The notes beneath the pieces are model-generated. The model was not told the DNA's origin and searched no databases. It saw only the letters and a program-made list of their open reading frames with translations. A stretch of 64,000 nucleotides of DNA from NCBI GenBank assembly GCA_965215265.1, contig OZ244048.1:3392001-3456000 (forward strand). The letters run 5' to 3'. Every line of letters begins with the position of its first letter. The stretch's first letter is position 1. Shown piece by piece: positions 1 to 8,934 of this stretch. The DNA is from Candidatus Poribacteria bacterium (GTDB lineage: Bacteria; Poribacteria; WGA-4E; WGA-3G). The position numbers and the translations under genes were made by a program.

Positions 1-1
1 C

Positions 2-373
2 GGAGAACGCGGCACTTTGACAGTTTGCGCTGGCTTGACGCGCACACTCCGCACACTCAATTTGCCACTGTGTGGATATTCGGGGCTAATGCTACCTGTA
101 CTTGAAGACATCGGTTTAGGGACAGGTCGCTTCAACATAGATAGTCTCTTACTCTATTCGGCTGTCTGTGGCACAGGCTTGGACACCATTCCAATTCCCG
201 GCAATGCTTCTAGCTCGCAAATTACTGCCATTCTGATGGACGTAGCCACCCTATCTTCGCAACTCTCAAAACCCCTCTCAGCCCGTCTTTTTCCTGTGCC
301 AGGGCTCAAGGCAGGCGACATGACTCGGTTTCAATCTCCTTATCTTACAAATACCACGGTTATGCCTATATAA
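2..373 (+). CDS. DUF711/UPF0210-family protein, C-terminal part (runs off the window start)
   Basis: GYSGLMLPVLED and YSAVCGTGLDTIPIPG motifs; frame open to the window edge. Confidence 0.8.
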   Translation, partial: GERGTLTVCAGLTRTLRTLNLPLCGYSGLMLPVLEDIGLGTGRFNIDSLLLYSAVCGTGLDTIPIPGNASSSQITAILMDVATLSSQLSKPLSARLFPVPGLKAGDMTRFQSPYLTNTTVMPI

Positions 374-398
374 TGTTGTCTTGCTCCGCATTTTATAG

Positions 399-647
399 AT
401 AGAAATACTGAATCTTCTCCGGCCAAACGAAAAAAGCAATCGGCGTGCACTTGAAACTTACCTAAAGTCAAAATTAATGTATGAGACCGAGGATCCAGAG
501 GTATTTGCAAAACTCTACAAAGAAAAGCTGCTCGAACAATTTGGAGATATCCCAGAGGTTCATATTGTCGTTGAGGTGGAGCGAGCCAGGAGGGCAAAAG
601 AACCTATGGCAATGACAGCTCTCAAGGCGGCCTCGGTGCTTCTCTGA
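399..647 (+). pseudogene. Startless gene fragment running into the repeated module
   Basis: 82 open codons (IEILNLLRPNEKSNRRALETYLK...) after a TAG; the last codons come from the 620-818 repeat. Confidence 0.35.
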
Positions 648-818
648 AAACAAAAAAACCAGGGGCAGCCACTTGTGAGGGTGGCTGCCCCTGGTTTAGG
701 TTAGGTTAGTTTAGTTTAACTTAGATTTCACTGAGGTTATTCTTCCGATTTGAACGTCGCCCACCGTTCTGTGAGTTTTCCGTCTGCACTCAGATGCTCT
801 CTCAAGCGGGTTGTCTGC
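620..818 (-). repeat. ~195-bp module (gene 3' end + terminator + flank), copy 1
   Basis: Aligns by eye with 62670-62862; both start TCTCAAGGCGGCCTCGGTGCTTCTCTGAAA and end CAAGCGGGTTGTCTGC. Confidence 0.95.
652..697 (-). terminator. Intrinsic terminator
   Basis: 17-bp perfect stem AAACCAGGGGCAGCCAC/GTGGCTGCCCCTGGTTT with a U-tract on the minus strand. Confidence 0.9.
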
Positions 819-916
819 AGCGTCTGCTGCACACCCGTATTAGAGACATCTTCAATGCGGTAGTAATATACCACATTCGGTTTGGCAGACGTATCCGTCC
901 AACTATAGTCGTTATT
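737..916 (-). pseudogene. Detached C-terminal remnant of a secreted-protein gene
   Basis: Reads DYSWTDTSAKPNVVYYYRIEDVSNTGVQQTLQTTRLREHLSADGKLTERWATFKSEE*; no start; same frame as ORF 965-2848 but separated by stops. Confidence 0.8.
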
Positions 917-964
917 CTAACATGACTCCTGATTTTAACAGGACTTTACCTCCATGTTAAGTTG

Positions 965-2839
965 TTACTTTGACAGTGCTGAAATATCCGACACTTGTGT
1001 ATCACTAAGATCCAGCACTTTCAAGTTGGTTAGGTCTGACAGAGGTGTGATATCCGACACTGGCGTACCCGAGAGAGACAGCTCTACCAAGCTGGTGAGG
1101 GTTAACAGCGCTGAAATATCCAACACTTCTGTATCACTGAGATCCAACTCTTCCAAGTTGGTTGCGAATTCAAGTCCGGTCAGATCGCTAACGTCTAGGC
1201 CACTTAAATCTAGGCTTGTTAAGCGGAGCATATCTGCCTGGGGGACAACCGTCCCCGCGGCGATGCCTAGTTCCTCCTTGATTTTCGCAAGGAGCATCTC
1301 ATCCGGAATGGTCACATCGGTGATTGTATTTACAGGCACTGTCAGCGCATCCGCGGATGCCTTGCTCGTGTTACCGGCAAGATCTGTAATAGCGCCTTCA
1401 GCAATCGATATCGCTACATCCCCATCAAAATTAGCAGGCGGGGTAATCGTCGCACGATAGACAGCATAGGGCGTACTGTGTTTTAGCTCACCGGCAAAAG
1501 GATCATTAACACCGGCGGCAGCCGTGGCTACAGCATCCACAGCATAAAAATCCGCACCGGAGATAGTCCAATCATCACGCTCCACGTCGTCACCATCGAT
1601 AAGAATCTTATCCGCACCAAAGGTATTGCTCTGCGGTTGTTCCGCATAGCGGCTGCCAGTCACATAATTAGCGAACTTGATTTCTATCTCAAACGCACCG
1701 GTTTGCTCCGCTACGGCATCGCCAATTGTTGGATGAGTTGTGTCGAGCGGATCGTGTCTGGCACCGATGCCGTCAACGATTTGGGCGACGACCGTGTCGG
1801 CGCTAAATGTATCTACTGAATAAAGATAAACATTTACCCCGTTGAGATTAAGGCGCTTATACGGCAGCGATTCACCAAGGTAGGTAAATGGACGTTGACC
1901 GGGATCAGCGACATCGACAGGCCACACGAAAGCACCCTCATAGTCTCCATTCGCGGCGGTACCGGTATCGGCCGTACCGGCCGTTACTTGGCCCCTTACC
2001 TTGCTAGAGTTCAGAGGCACATAGCTAGACCAACCATTATCTGTCGGAATAACGGACCGCGGACCATAATCACTCACCGTAGGCTGACTCCCTATCCTTA
2101 AGTATCCACCGCTCTGATCCTGACGATAAAGGGGGTCATCCCAGGCAGGCATTCTTATACCTTCTGGAGTGAAGTCACCATCTTGTACCGTGTATGTAAA
2201 GGTGACATAAAGGTTATCAGATGCTGTCTGAGAAACAGCGTCGTTTTCATCGACGCTCCAATGATATACAGTTCTCAGATTCTGCCGCCCGCTCCCAGGT
2301 AAGTCTGTGGGAGCGACTAGGGGATCATCATGCACCGTAGTGTCTATGTCCATGTATGCGAAACCGCGTAGAGTTATCCTTAATTTCGTATCCTGATGGA
2401 TTATCACCGGTTTGGTAAACTTCACGCGAATTCTTATCTGCTCCCCTGGCCCGTAGTGTTGAGCATCTCTAGCGTTAGCCCACTCTACCTTAGAATAACC
2501 GGTCGAAGCGTCTACAACTTCTGCCAATGCCATCTGTGCCTGAGCTCTTTTGGCGCGATCATCCCAACCTGCTGCTCCTGTTGTTGGTGGTACCGTCTCC
2601 CTTATCTCGAACCAACCTGGATTAGCTTCAAAAGCCTCTTGGCGAACGTGAGCATACATAGAAGGGCCCGCGCGGTTCGTGGGGGTACCAACTATCTCAA
2701 ATCCATCTGCTGCTATTGTCGGGTTCTTATCCGTGTCTGATGCTGCTGCCTGTACGTGGGACGGCATGCAGAGCACAGCAATGAATAATAGAACTAAAAT
2801 ACTTAATATATATAGGGGGGGGTGCATTCTTCTCTTCAT
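965..2839 (-). CDS. Secreted surface protein with Ig-like region and internalin-type LRRs, truncated inside the LRR array
   Basis: Signal peptide (..SHVQA), AITDLAGN Ig-like motif, IPDxxL cap, 22-aa LRRs; AAGGAG 9 nt before ATG 2839. Confidence 0.8.
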   Translation of the reverse strand: MKRRMHPPLYILSILVLLFIAVLCMPSHVQAAASDTDKNPTIAADGFEIVGTPTNRAGPSMYAHVRQEAFEANPGWFEIRETVPPTTGAAGWDDRAKRAQAQMALAEVVDASTGYSKVEWANARDAQHYGPGEQIRIRVKFTKPVIIHQDTKLRITLRGFAYMDIDTTVHDDPLVAPTDLPGSGRQNLRTVYHWSVDENDAVSQTASDNLYVTFTYTVQDGDFTPEGIRMPAWDDPLYRQDQSGGYLRIGSQPTVSDYGPRSVIPTDNGWSSYVPLNSSKVRGQVTAGTADTGTAANGDYEGAFVWPVDVADPGQRPFTYLGESLPYKRLNLNGVNVYLYSVDTFSADTVVAQIVDGIGARHDPLDTTHPTIGDAVAEQTGAFEIEIKFANYVTGSRYAEQPQSNTFGADKILIDGDDVERDDWTISGADFYAVDAVATAAAGVNDPFAGELKHSTPYAVYRATITPPANFDGDVAISIAEGAITDLAGNTSKASADALTVPVNTITDVTIPDEMLLAKIKEELGIAAGTVVPQADMLRLTSLDLSGLDVSDLTGLEFATNLEELDLSDTEVLDISALLTLTSLVELSLSGTPVSDITPLSDLTNLKVLDLSDTQVSDISALSK

Positions 2840-3318
2840 CTTATCCAACTCCTTGTTATTTTTTATCCTGTTACGGAATAAACTTTACTTGACTTTATAG
2901 TTCGGACTAAGTTTCCGAACAGACTACGTTTTCAACACTTTTTGCCAATTCGTCAGACGGGCACACAAGGTGTTCAAGAAAATGAAATCGTGTTTGTGAG
3001 TCACTTTCCAAAAAATGAAGTGCATTCACAAACTGCCAACGGACACGTCAACTCATTCTTTCACTTTTAAAGAACACTTTTGCTCTCTTCGCAAAAGGTT
3101 AATTTTAATTATACCACAAGAAGAAGTGTTTGTCAAAACTTTTTGAACGAACGAGACGGAGAGGAGAGCGGTAATCAATATTTTCGAAGGAACATGTTTT
3201 ATCTCCTTTGGAATCGGCCAGGCGAGAGCAGAGGGAATCCCGTTCCATCTCATAGATTGGGATGATGAGTGAGATTTTTATCTGGAGTGCGGTCAGGTGA
3301 GACGGCTCGCCTAAGCAC

Positions 3319-3710
3319 CTAGCACACGCTAGTAATTTAACAAACACTACGGTAACAGAAGATATAGCGACCGGTGAGACTATTACGGAAACCGTTGAGT
3401 AATTAAAAGATCATGGTCACTGGTATGATGTTTAACAAACCCAGTGGCCGTGTCGGGGGCAATAACGCTCACCGGGGTTATTGTCGGTATTGTCGTCAGC
3501 GGAGGCAATAATTAGCATATCACAAGTAGAGAGTATTAAGGAGAACTGAAAGATGAAAAAACTTTTACTGACGTGTATGCTCCGCAAAGGCAGTGGAGTG
3601 ACTCAGCCGGTGGCTACATTGATGTGTGGGTAAAAGTCGGCACCACCACTACTACGACAACAGAAGAGGTACCGACTGGTGAGACTGTTACGGACTCGGT
3701 ATTGCCCTGA
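3319..3710 (+). pseudogene. Two related decayed fragments of a Thr-rich secreted protein
   Basis: TTVTEDIATGETITETVE* (ends 3402) and TTTTEEVPTGETVTDSVLP* (ends 3710); AAGGAG + MKKLLLTCML at 3553 out of frame with the second. Confidence 0.45.
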
Positions 3711-3911
3711 GCAATTGCACCTAGCCCTGTCGGACATATAGATCAAAAAGCTAGGTGTTCGACTGCGTTTTTTCGAATCTGTCCTCGTTCCGTCTTTTGC
3801 TTTTCCTATCCCTTCCTCAAACATCTAACTTCCACCCGATTATGGAGTATACCGGACAATGTTAGTTCGCATGAAGGTGAAACTTAAATTTCTTCAGCTG
3901 CGCATTTTTTC

Positions 3912-4268
3912 TTGTCAGTTAAGACAAATTCTGATAAGATACCCATAATACAGTCGCTTGGGCAAGGGCACTGGACTCACCTCGTCCATCCAATTTTTAG
4001 CCAAGCCGACGGCTTGGTAACCATTCATTCAGTCCTGGTTGTCCGGATTGAAGCGATGCAAACGCCAGATACGCATGGGCACGGATCCGGTATGGACGAG
4101 GTCTGGTACATGCTTGAAGGTAACGGCATGCATGTTGTCAGTCGAAATGTTTATAGGCAGATGCCGGGTGATGCCGTTTCTGTTGCACCATCAAATCCGG
4201 GGCATAGCCTTATAAATGACACAGATAAACCGCTCAAAACTTTCTATTTTGCCCGGTACAACCGGTAA
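3912..4268 (+). pseudogene. Cupin-domain protein, probably 5'-truncated
   Basis: HGHxxGMDEVWY...GHSLIN cupin motifs; weak TTG start without RBS at the island edge. Confidence 0.6.
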
Positions 4269-4277
4269 GGGAGCACT

Positions 4278-5735
4278 ATGGCTGAAAAACCGAATGTCTT
4301 GCTAATCACAACCGACCACTGGCCCAACTCGCTGTTGGGAGTCAGTGGGCATCCTAAGATACAGACACCGACGTTGGATACACTTGCCTGCAGCGGTACG
4401 CGCTTCACGCGCGGCTACAGCGAATGCCCCGTGTGTGTGCCCGCGAGAAAGACGTTGATGACAGGAACACCCCCACGCATCCACAAAGACCGCGTGTTCA
4501 AAGACCGGCAAGGCTTAAACGGATTGCCGACACTCGCACAAACGTTTCGAGATGCTGGATATCAAGCGTATGCAGTTGGCAAGTTGCATGTGCACCCCCA
4601 ACGCAACCGCATCGGGTTTGACGATGTGATACTCGGTGAGGAGGGTAGATTGCAGCACGGTGTGATCGATGATTACGAACTGTTCCTGGGAGACCGGGGC
4701 TACGTGGGCCAGCAGTTTGCACACGGAATGTGTAACAACGATTATCTCAACCGTCCCTGGCATCTCCCCGAAGATTGCCACGTTACCAACTGGAGTACAC
4801 AACAGATGGTCCGCATGATTAAAAGACGGGACCCGACTCGGCCCGGGTTCTGGTATCTCTCTTATTGTCATCCGCATCCGCCTTTGGCACCCTTGGAGTG
4901 CTATATGGATATGTATCGTGATATTGACGTGGACATGCCGTATTGTGGTACATGGGCGACGGTGCCAGAGAAGTTACCGTTACCTATCAGAGGGCGCCAA
5001 ATGCAGGACGCACATTTCACTGAAGATCAGATTCGGTCAGCGAGACAGGCGTTTTACGCACTCTGTACGCACATAGACCATCAACTTCGCGTGGTTATTG
5101 GGACTTTGCGAGAAGAAGGCCTATTGAACAACACGATTCTGTTGTTTACGTCCGACCACGGCGATATGCTCGGCAATCATCAGTTGTGGGCAAAACGCCT
5201 CTTTTATGAAGACTCTGCCAACGTCCCAATGCTCCTTGTCGGCGTTGCTGGCGATGAAAGGGTTGGGCATCATAGGGTGGACGACAGGCTTGTCGGATGG
5301 CAAGACGTGATGCCGACTCTGTTGCACCTTGCAGGCATTGATATCCCTGATACGGTAGAAGGCATCTCCATGGTGGGTGGTGAAAAACGAGAGCGGTTAT
5401 ACGGCGAGTGCAGCGAAGGCGCACAAGCAACCCGGATGATTCATGATGGCCGTTTCAAGTTAATTTACTACGCGAGCGGAAACTACCGACAACTCTTCGA
5501 TTTGCAGGCGGATCCGCGGGAATTGATAGACCTCGCCCCCAATTTAGAGTACGCAGACGTGCTTGAACAGTTGACTAACCACCTCATCCGCGAACTCTAT
5601 GGAGGCGATGAAAACTGGGTTCAAGATGGTGCCCTTGTCGGCTTACCAGACCGGGACTATAACCCGTCTCCGAATTGTGCGTTATCAGGACAGCGTGGGC
5701 TCCATTGGCCGCCCCCGCCCTCGGCGGGCCGTTAG
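4278..5735 (+). CDS. Sulfatase (Cys-type)
   Basis: PNVLLITTD, CVPARKTLMTG (CxPxR), GKLH, SDHG. Confidence 0.93.
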   Translation: MAEKPNVLLITTDHWPNSLLGVSGHPKIQTPTLDTLACSGTRFTRGYSECPVCVPARKTLMTGTPPRIHKDRVFKDRQGLNGLPTLAQTFRDAGYQAYAVGKLHVHPQRNRIGFDDVILGEEGRLQHGVIDDYELFLGDRGYVGQQFAHGMCNNDYLNRPWHLPEDCHVTNWSTQQMVRMIKRRDPTRPGFWYLSYCHPHPPLAPLECYMDMYRDIDVDMPYCGTWATVPEKLPLPIRGRQMQDAHFTEDQIRSARQAFYALCTHIDHQLRVVIGTLREEGLLNNTILLFTSDHGDMLGNHQLWAKRLFYEDSANVPMLLVGVAGDERVGHHRVDDRLVGWQDVMPTLLHLAGIDIPDTVEGISMVGGEKRERLYGECSEGAQATRMIHDGRFKLIYYASGNYRQLFDLQADPRELIDLAPNLEYADVLEQLTNHLIRELYGGDENWVQDGALVGLPDRDYNPSPNCALSGQRGLHWPPPPSAGR

Positions 5736-5803
5736 GGAAATATGATTATAGCGAAGTATAAACTAACAAGTAACCTCAATGATAAGAGTTATGAACAACT
5801 TGT

Positions 5804-5832
5804 TTGACAAAATCATAAATGTGGTTTAAAAT
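5804..5832 (+). promoter_or_regulatory. Sigma70-type promoter
   Basis: TTGACA-N17-TAAAAT. Confidence 0.65.
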
Positions 5833-6023
5833 AAGGTGATATGGTCCTTTTTGATTTCTTTGTGTACCAGACTTTTTACTGAATATAGTGTCCTCAAACA
5901 CAGTATGCGAAGTTGAAATATGTAGGAAAAAGGCGTTTGGCACTGTCAAAAAAAATGGAGTGTAGTCCTATTTTTTGGGAGCATGATTTGGCAGTGCACT
6001 ATAAATTATAGAAAGGAAAAAAA

Positions 6024-6377
6024 ATGTTAGCTGAAATACGCCAGAGAGAAGGTGTTATTGTTATTCGGCCCGTCGGACGCATGATCGGCGCGGCGAATAT
6101 TGAACTCAAACAACAGGTTAATGAAGAACTTGAGGAGTATTTTGATGCACCGAAGATTCTCTTTAACCTTGAGGCTGTCAACCGGATGGATAGTAGCGGT
6201 TTAGGGACGCTTGTTTCTGTGCATGTAAGCGTTTCTCGAAAAGGCGGCCGCACAGCGATTGTTGGGGCCGGGGCGCATATCAGAAACCTCCTTGTCCTGG
6301 GCCGATTATTGACCGTTTTTGAGAGCTACGATAGTGAAGAGGAGGCGATTCTCGCGCTAACAACGGAGAAAAGTTAG
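6024..6377 (+). CDS. STAS-domain anti-sigma-factor antagonist
   Basis: MDSSGLGTLV phospho-Ser motif, 117 aa. Confidence 0.9.
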   Translation: MLAEIRQREGVIVIRPVGRMIGAANIELKQQVNEELEEYFDAPKILFNLEAVNRMDSSGLGTLVSVHVSVSRKGGRTAIVGAGAHIRNLLVLGRLLTVFESYDSEEEAILALTTEKS

Positions 6378-6384
6378 AAAATTT

Positions 6385-7566
6385 ATGGAAAATCACAACC
6401 GTCCAACCCTTACTGTCCATGCTGGCTTCCATGACCGGGACGGATGCCCTGTTATTGTTAACGTCAGCGATGCCGCCTTCAACTCATTTGTGAACCGGGA
6501 GGTATTCTTAACCAATTCGGAAAACGGCGATGTTATCCCCGCACAGTGTTATCCCAGCAAGGATGGCACGTCTACTACCTTGGCCTGGATATTGGATGGC
6601 CTTGCTGCAGGCACTTCGCGTACCTATACTCTCTCTGAGGGAAACGTTGCAGAGGAATCCGGTGTTGAATTAAAGGATGGATGCGAGACAATTGATATCA
6701 CTTGCAACAGGCGGCCCTTTACAACGTTCCGCTACGGCAAATCACAGTTCCGCCCCTATTTCTTTCCTCTGCTCGGTCCCGAGGGCCGTGAGGTGACACG
6801 CGGGGAAACGAGTAATATCTCAAAAGATCACGTTCATCACCGTTCTCTCTACGTTGCCTACGGTGAAGTCAACGACGTTGACTTGTGGGGCGAAGGGAAA
6901 AATTCGGGCCGGGTTGTCCATCAGAAATTCAGCGAGAAACACGGGGGTGCTGTTCTCGGAAGGATTTATACTGTAAACAATTGGGAGAACCCGGACGGCC
7001 GCGTATTGATGACAGATATGCAGCACTTCCGAATCTACAATCTGCCTGAGGACGCGGCGATCCTTGACCTGGATTTAACCTTTATCGCCTCTGTCGGGGA
7101 TGTGCATTTTGGAGATACCAAAGAGGGGGGTATTATATCGATCCGGGTGCATCCCTCCATGAATGCCTCTAATGGTGGGAAAATAGAAAACGCTTTCGGG
7201 GGTATAAATGAAGGTGAAACTTGGGGCAAGCGCGCGCATTGGTGTGATTATTCGGGTGTCGTTGATGGCACATCTGTGGGGCTGGCTGTATTCGATCATC
7301 TCAGCAATCCACGGTATCCAACGTATTGGCACGTTCGCAACTACGGATTAATGGGAACCAACATCTTTGGAAGCGGGACGTTTGAAGGCGATGCGTCCAA
7401 AGACGGTTCCTATATTCTAAAAAAAGGTGAGGAGATGCACTTCCGGTTCCGCGTGCTGATTCATGTGGGTGATGCAACAGCAGGGAAGGTAGCACAGAAA
7501 TATCATGATTTCATCAATCCCCCTGCCGTTGAAGTCTCAGCTGCTTCTGGCACGGAGGCCGGTTAG
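6385..7566 (+). CDS. PmoA-like/DUF6807 family protein
   Basis: RPYFFPL, DHVHHRSL, FGDTKEGG, WHVRNYG motifs. Confidence 0.75.
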   Translation: MENHNRPTLTVHAGFHDRDGCPVIVNVSDAAFNSFVNREVFLTNSENGDVIPAQCYPSKDGTSTTLAWILDGLAAGTSRTYTLSEGNVAEESGVELKDGCETIDITCNRRPFTTFRYGKSQFRPYFFPLLGPEGREVTRGETSNISKDHVHHRSLYVAYGEVNDVDLWGEGKNSGRVVHQKFSEKHGGAVLGRIYTVNNWENPDGRVLMTDMQHFRIYNLPEDAAILDLDLTFIASVGDVHFGDTKEGGIISIRVHPSMNASNGGKIENAFGGINEGETWGKRAHWCDYSGVVDGTSVGLAVFDHLSNPRYPTYWHVRNYGLMGTNIFGSGTFEGDASKDGSYILKKGEEMHFRFRVLIHVGDATAGKVAQKYHDFINPPAVEVSAASGTEAG

Positions 7567-7680
7567 GTATCTGGCGTGAATTATGATTAATCGCCAAGGT
7601 TACTTTGGCGAAATTCGGACAAAACGCTTCACACCAAAAGGTCTTGAATGCTTTAATTTAGAAAAAAAGGAGATTCAAAC

Positions 7681-8754
7681 ATGCCAATCCGAACCATTCA
7701 CGTCGGATGCACCCACTTTGCGCACGGCCGCTTGCAAGCACAAATTAACACAAACGGTTTGGAACCGGTTGCATGTGTCGATATTAATCTGGAAGCGGCA
7801 CGTGCAGGTGTAGCCAGTCTACAGGGGGATGTGCCGCCATATCTGTCAGAGCGCATCTACACGACGATAACCGAAGCAAAAGAGAAGCATGATGCAGAAG
7901 GCTGCCTTATTTATGCTTCGACAACCGTTCACGCGAAGCTGATTGTGGAAAGCCTGAATCTCGGCATGCATACCCTCTGTGTGAAGCCGATTGCAACAAC
8001 ACAGACAGAATTCCGTGAGATTATCCGGGCACACAATGCGAATCCAGGGGTCATGCTCGTGCAAGGGCAGAACAAGCGGTGGAACCCCGCTGCAGCGAAA
8101 ATGCGGGAATGGCTCCGTGAAGAAGGCGGGATCGGAGCCATGTTAGCCGGGGAATGCCGATTCTGGATTCGGCAGAATCTGTACACCGGAGCCGATTCTC
8201 GGCAACCTGATGCTTACGTCGATGGACTCTTCTTTCATGCCGGCACCAGTCATCAACTTGACCAGCTCGTAGCGGCAAAAGGGTTACCTAAGTACGTTAC
8301 AGCGTACATCCACAACCGACGCGATCCGGAGCTTGGACAAATTGAGGCGTGGGGCACTGCCGGCGGAAACGCCCTCATGGAATATGCCAACGGCGCACCT
8401 TTCTCGTACGCAGGAACCCGAGCCGGGCATGCCGGATCCTTTGGCTGGAGTGGCCATTGGACGTTCCACGGTGAAGACGGTGATATCCGCCGAGATGCTG
8501 GGCACTTGCAACTATTCCGAACAGGAACGTGCGTTGAAGACCTCACACTGCAGGATCTTCACCCTGGACTCATCGAGGACGATCGGCTCCAATTTGATGC
8601 ATTCGCTGAAGCAATTGCAACAGGCAAAGATCGTGAGTGGATGCAGGAGACAACCTTAGGTACCTGGCTGATGATGGAGGCATGCAACGAATCAGCACGA
8701 ACGCACGAACGCGTTGATATGGAAGTGTTTGCTGCGAAAATGCTAGCTGCATGA
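7681..8754 (+). CDS. Gfo/Idh/MocA-family oxidoreductase
   Basis: N-terminal Rossmann-like fold, CVKP (EKP variant), QNKRW. Confidence 0.75.
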   Translation: MPIRTIHVGCTHFAHGRLQAQINTNGLEPVACVDINLEAARAGVASLQGDVPPYLSERIYTTITEAKEKHDAEGCLIYASTTVHAKLIVESLNLGMHTLCVKPIATTQTEFREIIRAHNANPGVMLVQGQNKRWNPAAAKMREWLREEGGIGAMLAGECRFWIRQNLYTGADSRQPDAYVDGLFFHAGTSHQLDQLVAAKGLPKYVTAYIHNRRDPELGQIEAWGTAGGNALMEYANGAPFSYAGTRAGHAGSFGWSGHWTFHGEDGDIRRDAGHLQLFRTGTCVEDLTLQDLHPGLIEDDRLQFDAFAEAIATGKDREWMQETTLGTWLMMEACNESARTHERVDMEVFAAKMLAA

Positions 8755-8934
8755 AGATAGATTAAGCGTCTTCTGGATGAGAATAGAGGCTGGATGCAGT
8801 GTCTCGGTTATTTCCAGCCAAAATGGTTCTGGCGAAATGGCTACAGAACAGTTTACACTGCCGAATGTTACACGCCCAGTCCACTTTGATTCGAGCTGCC
8901 GAACACTTTAATCAACAAAAAACGGAGGATTTAT

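Noticed and set aside
696-718. Telomere-like TTAGG run (also near 62745-62760)
   Set aside because: Only two or three units, part of the shared module's 3' UTR.
913-964. Integron attC site (TAAC...GTTAAGT hairpin)
   Set aside because: Too short, asymmetric spacers, single copy, no integrase.
970-1230. 66-bp periodic DNA repeats as a non-coding array
   Set aside because: Fully explained by the 22-aa LRR units.
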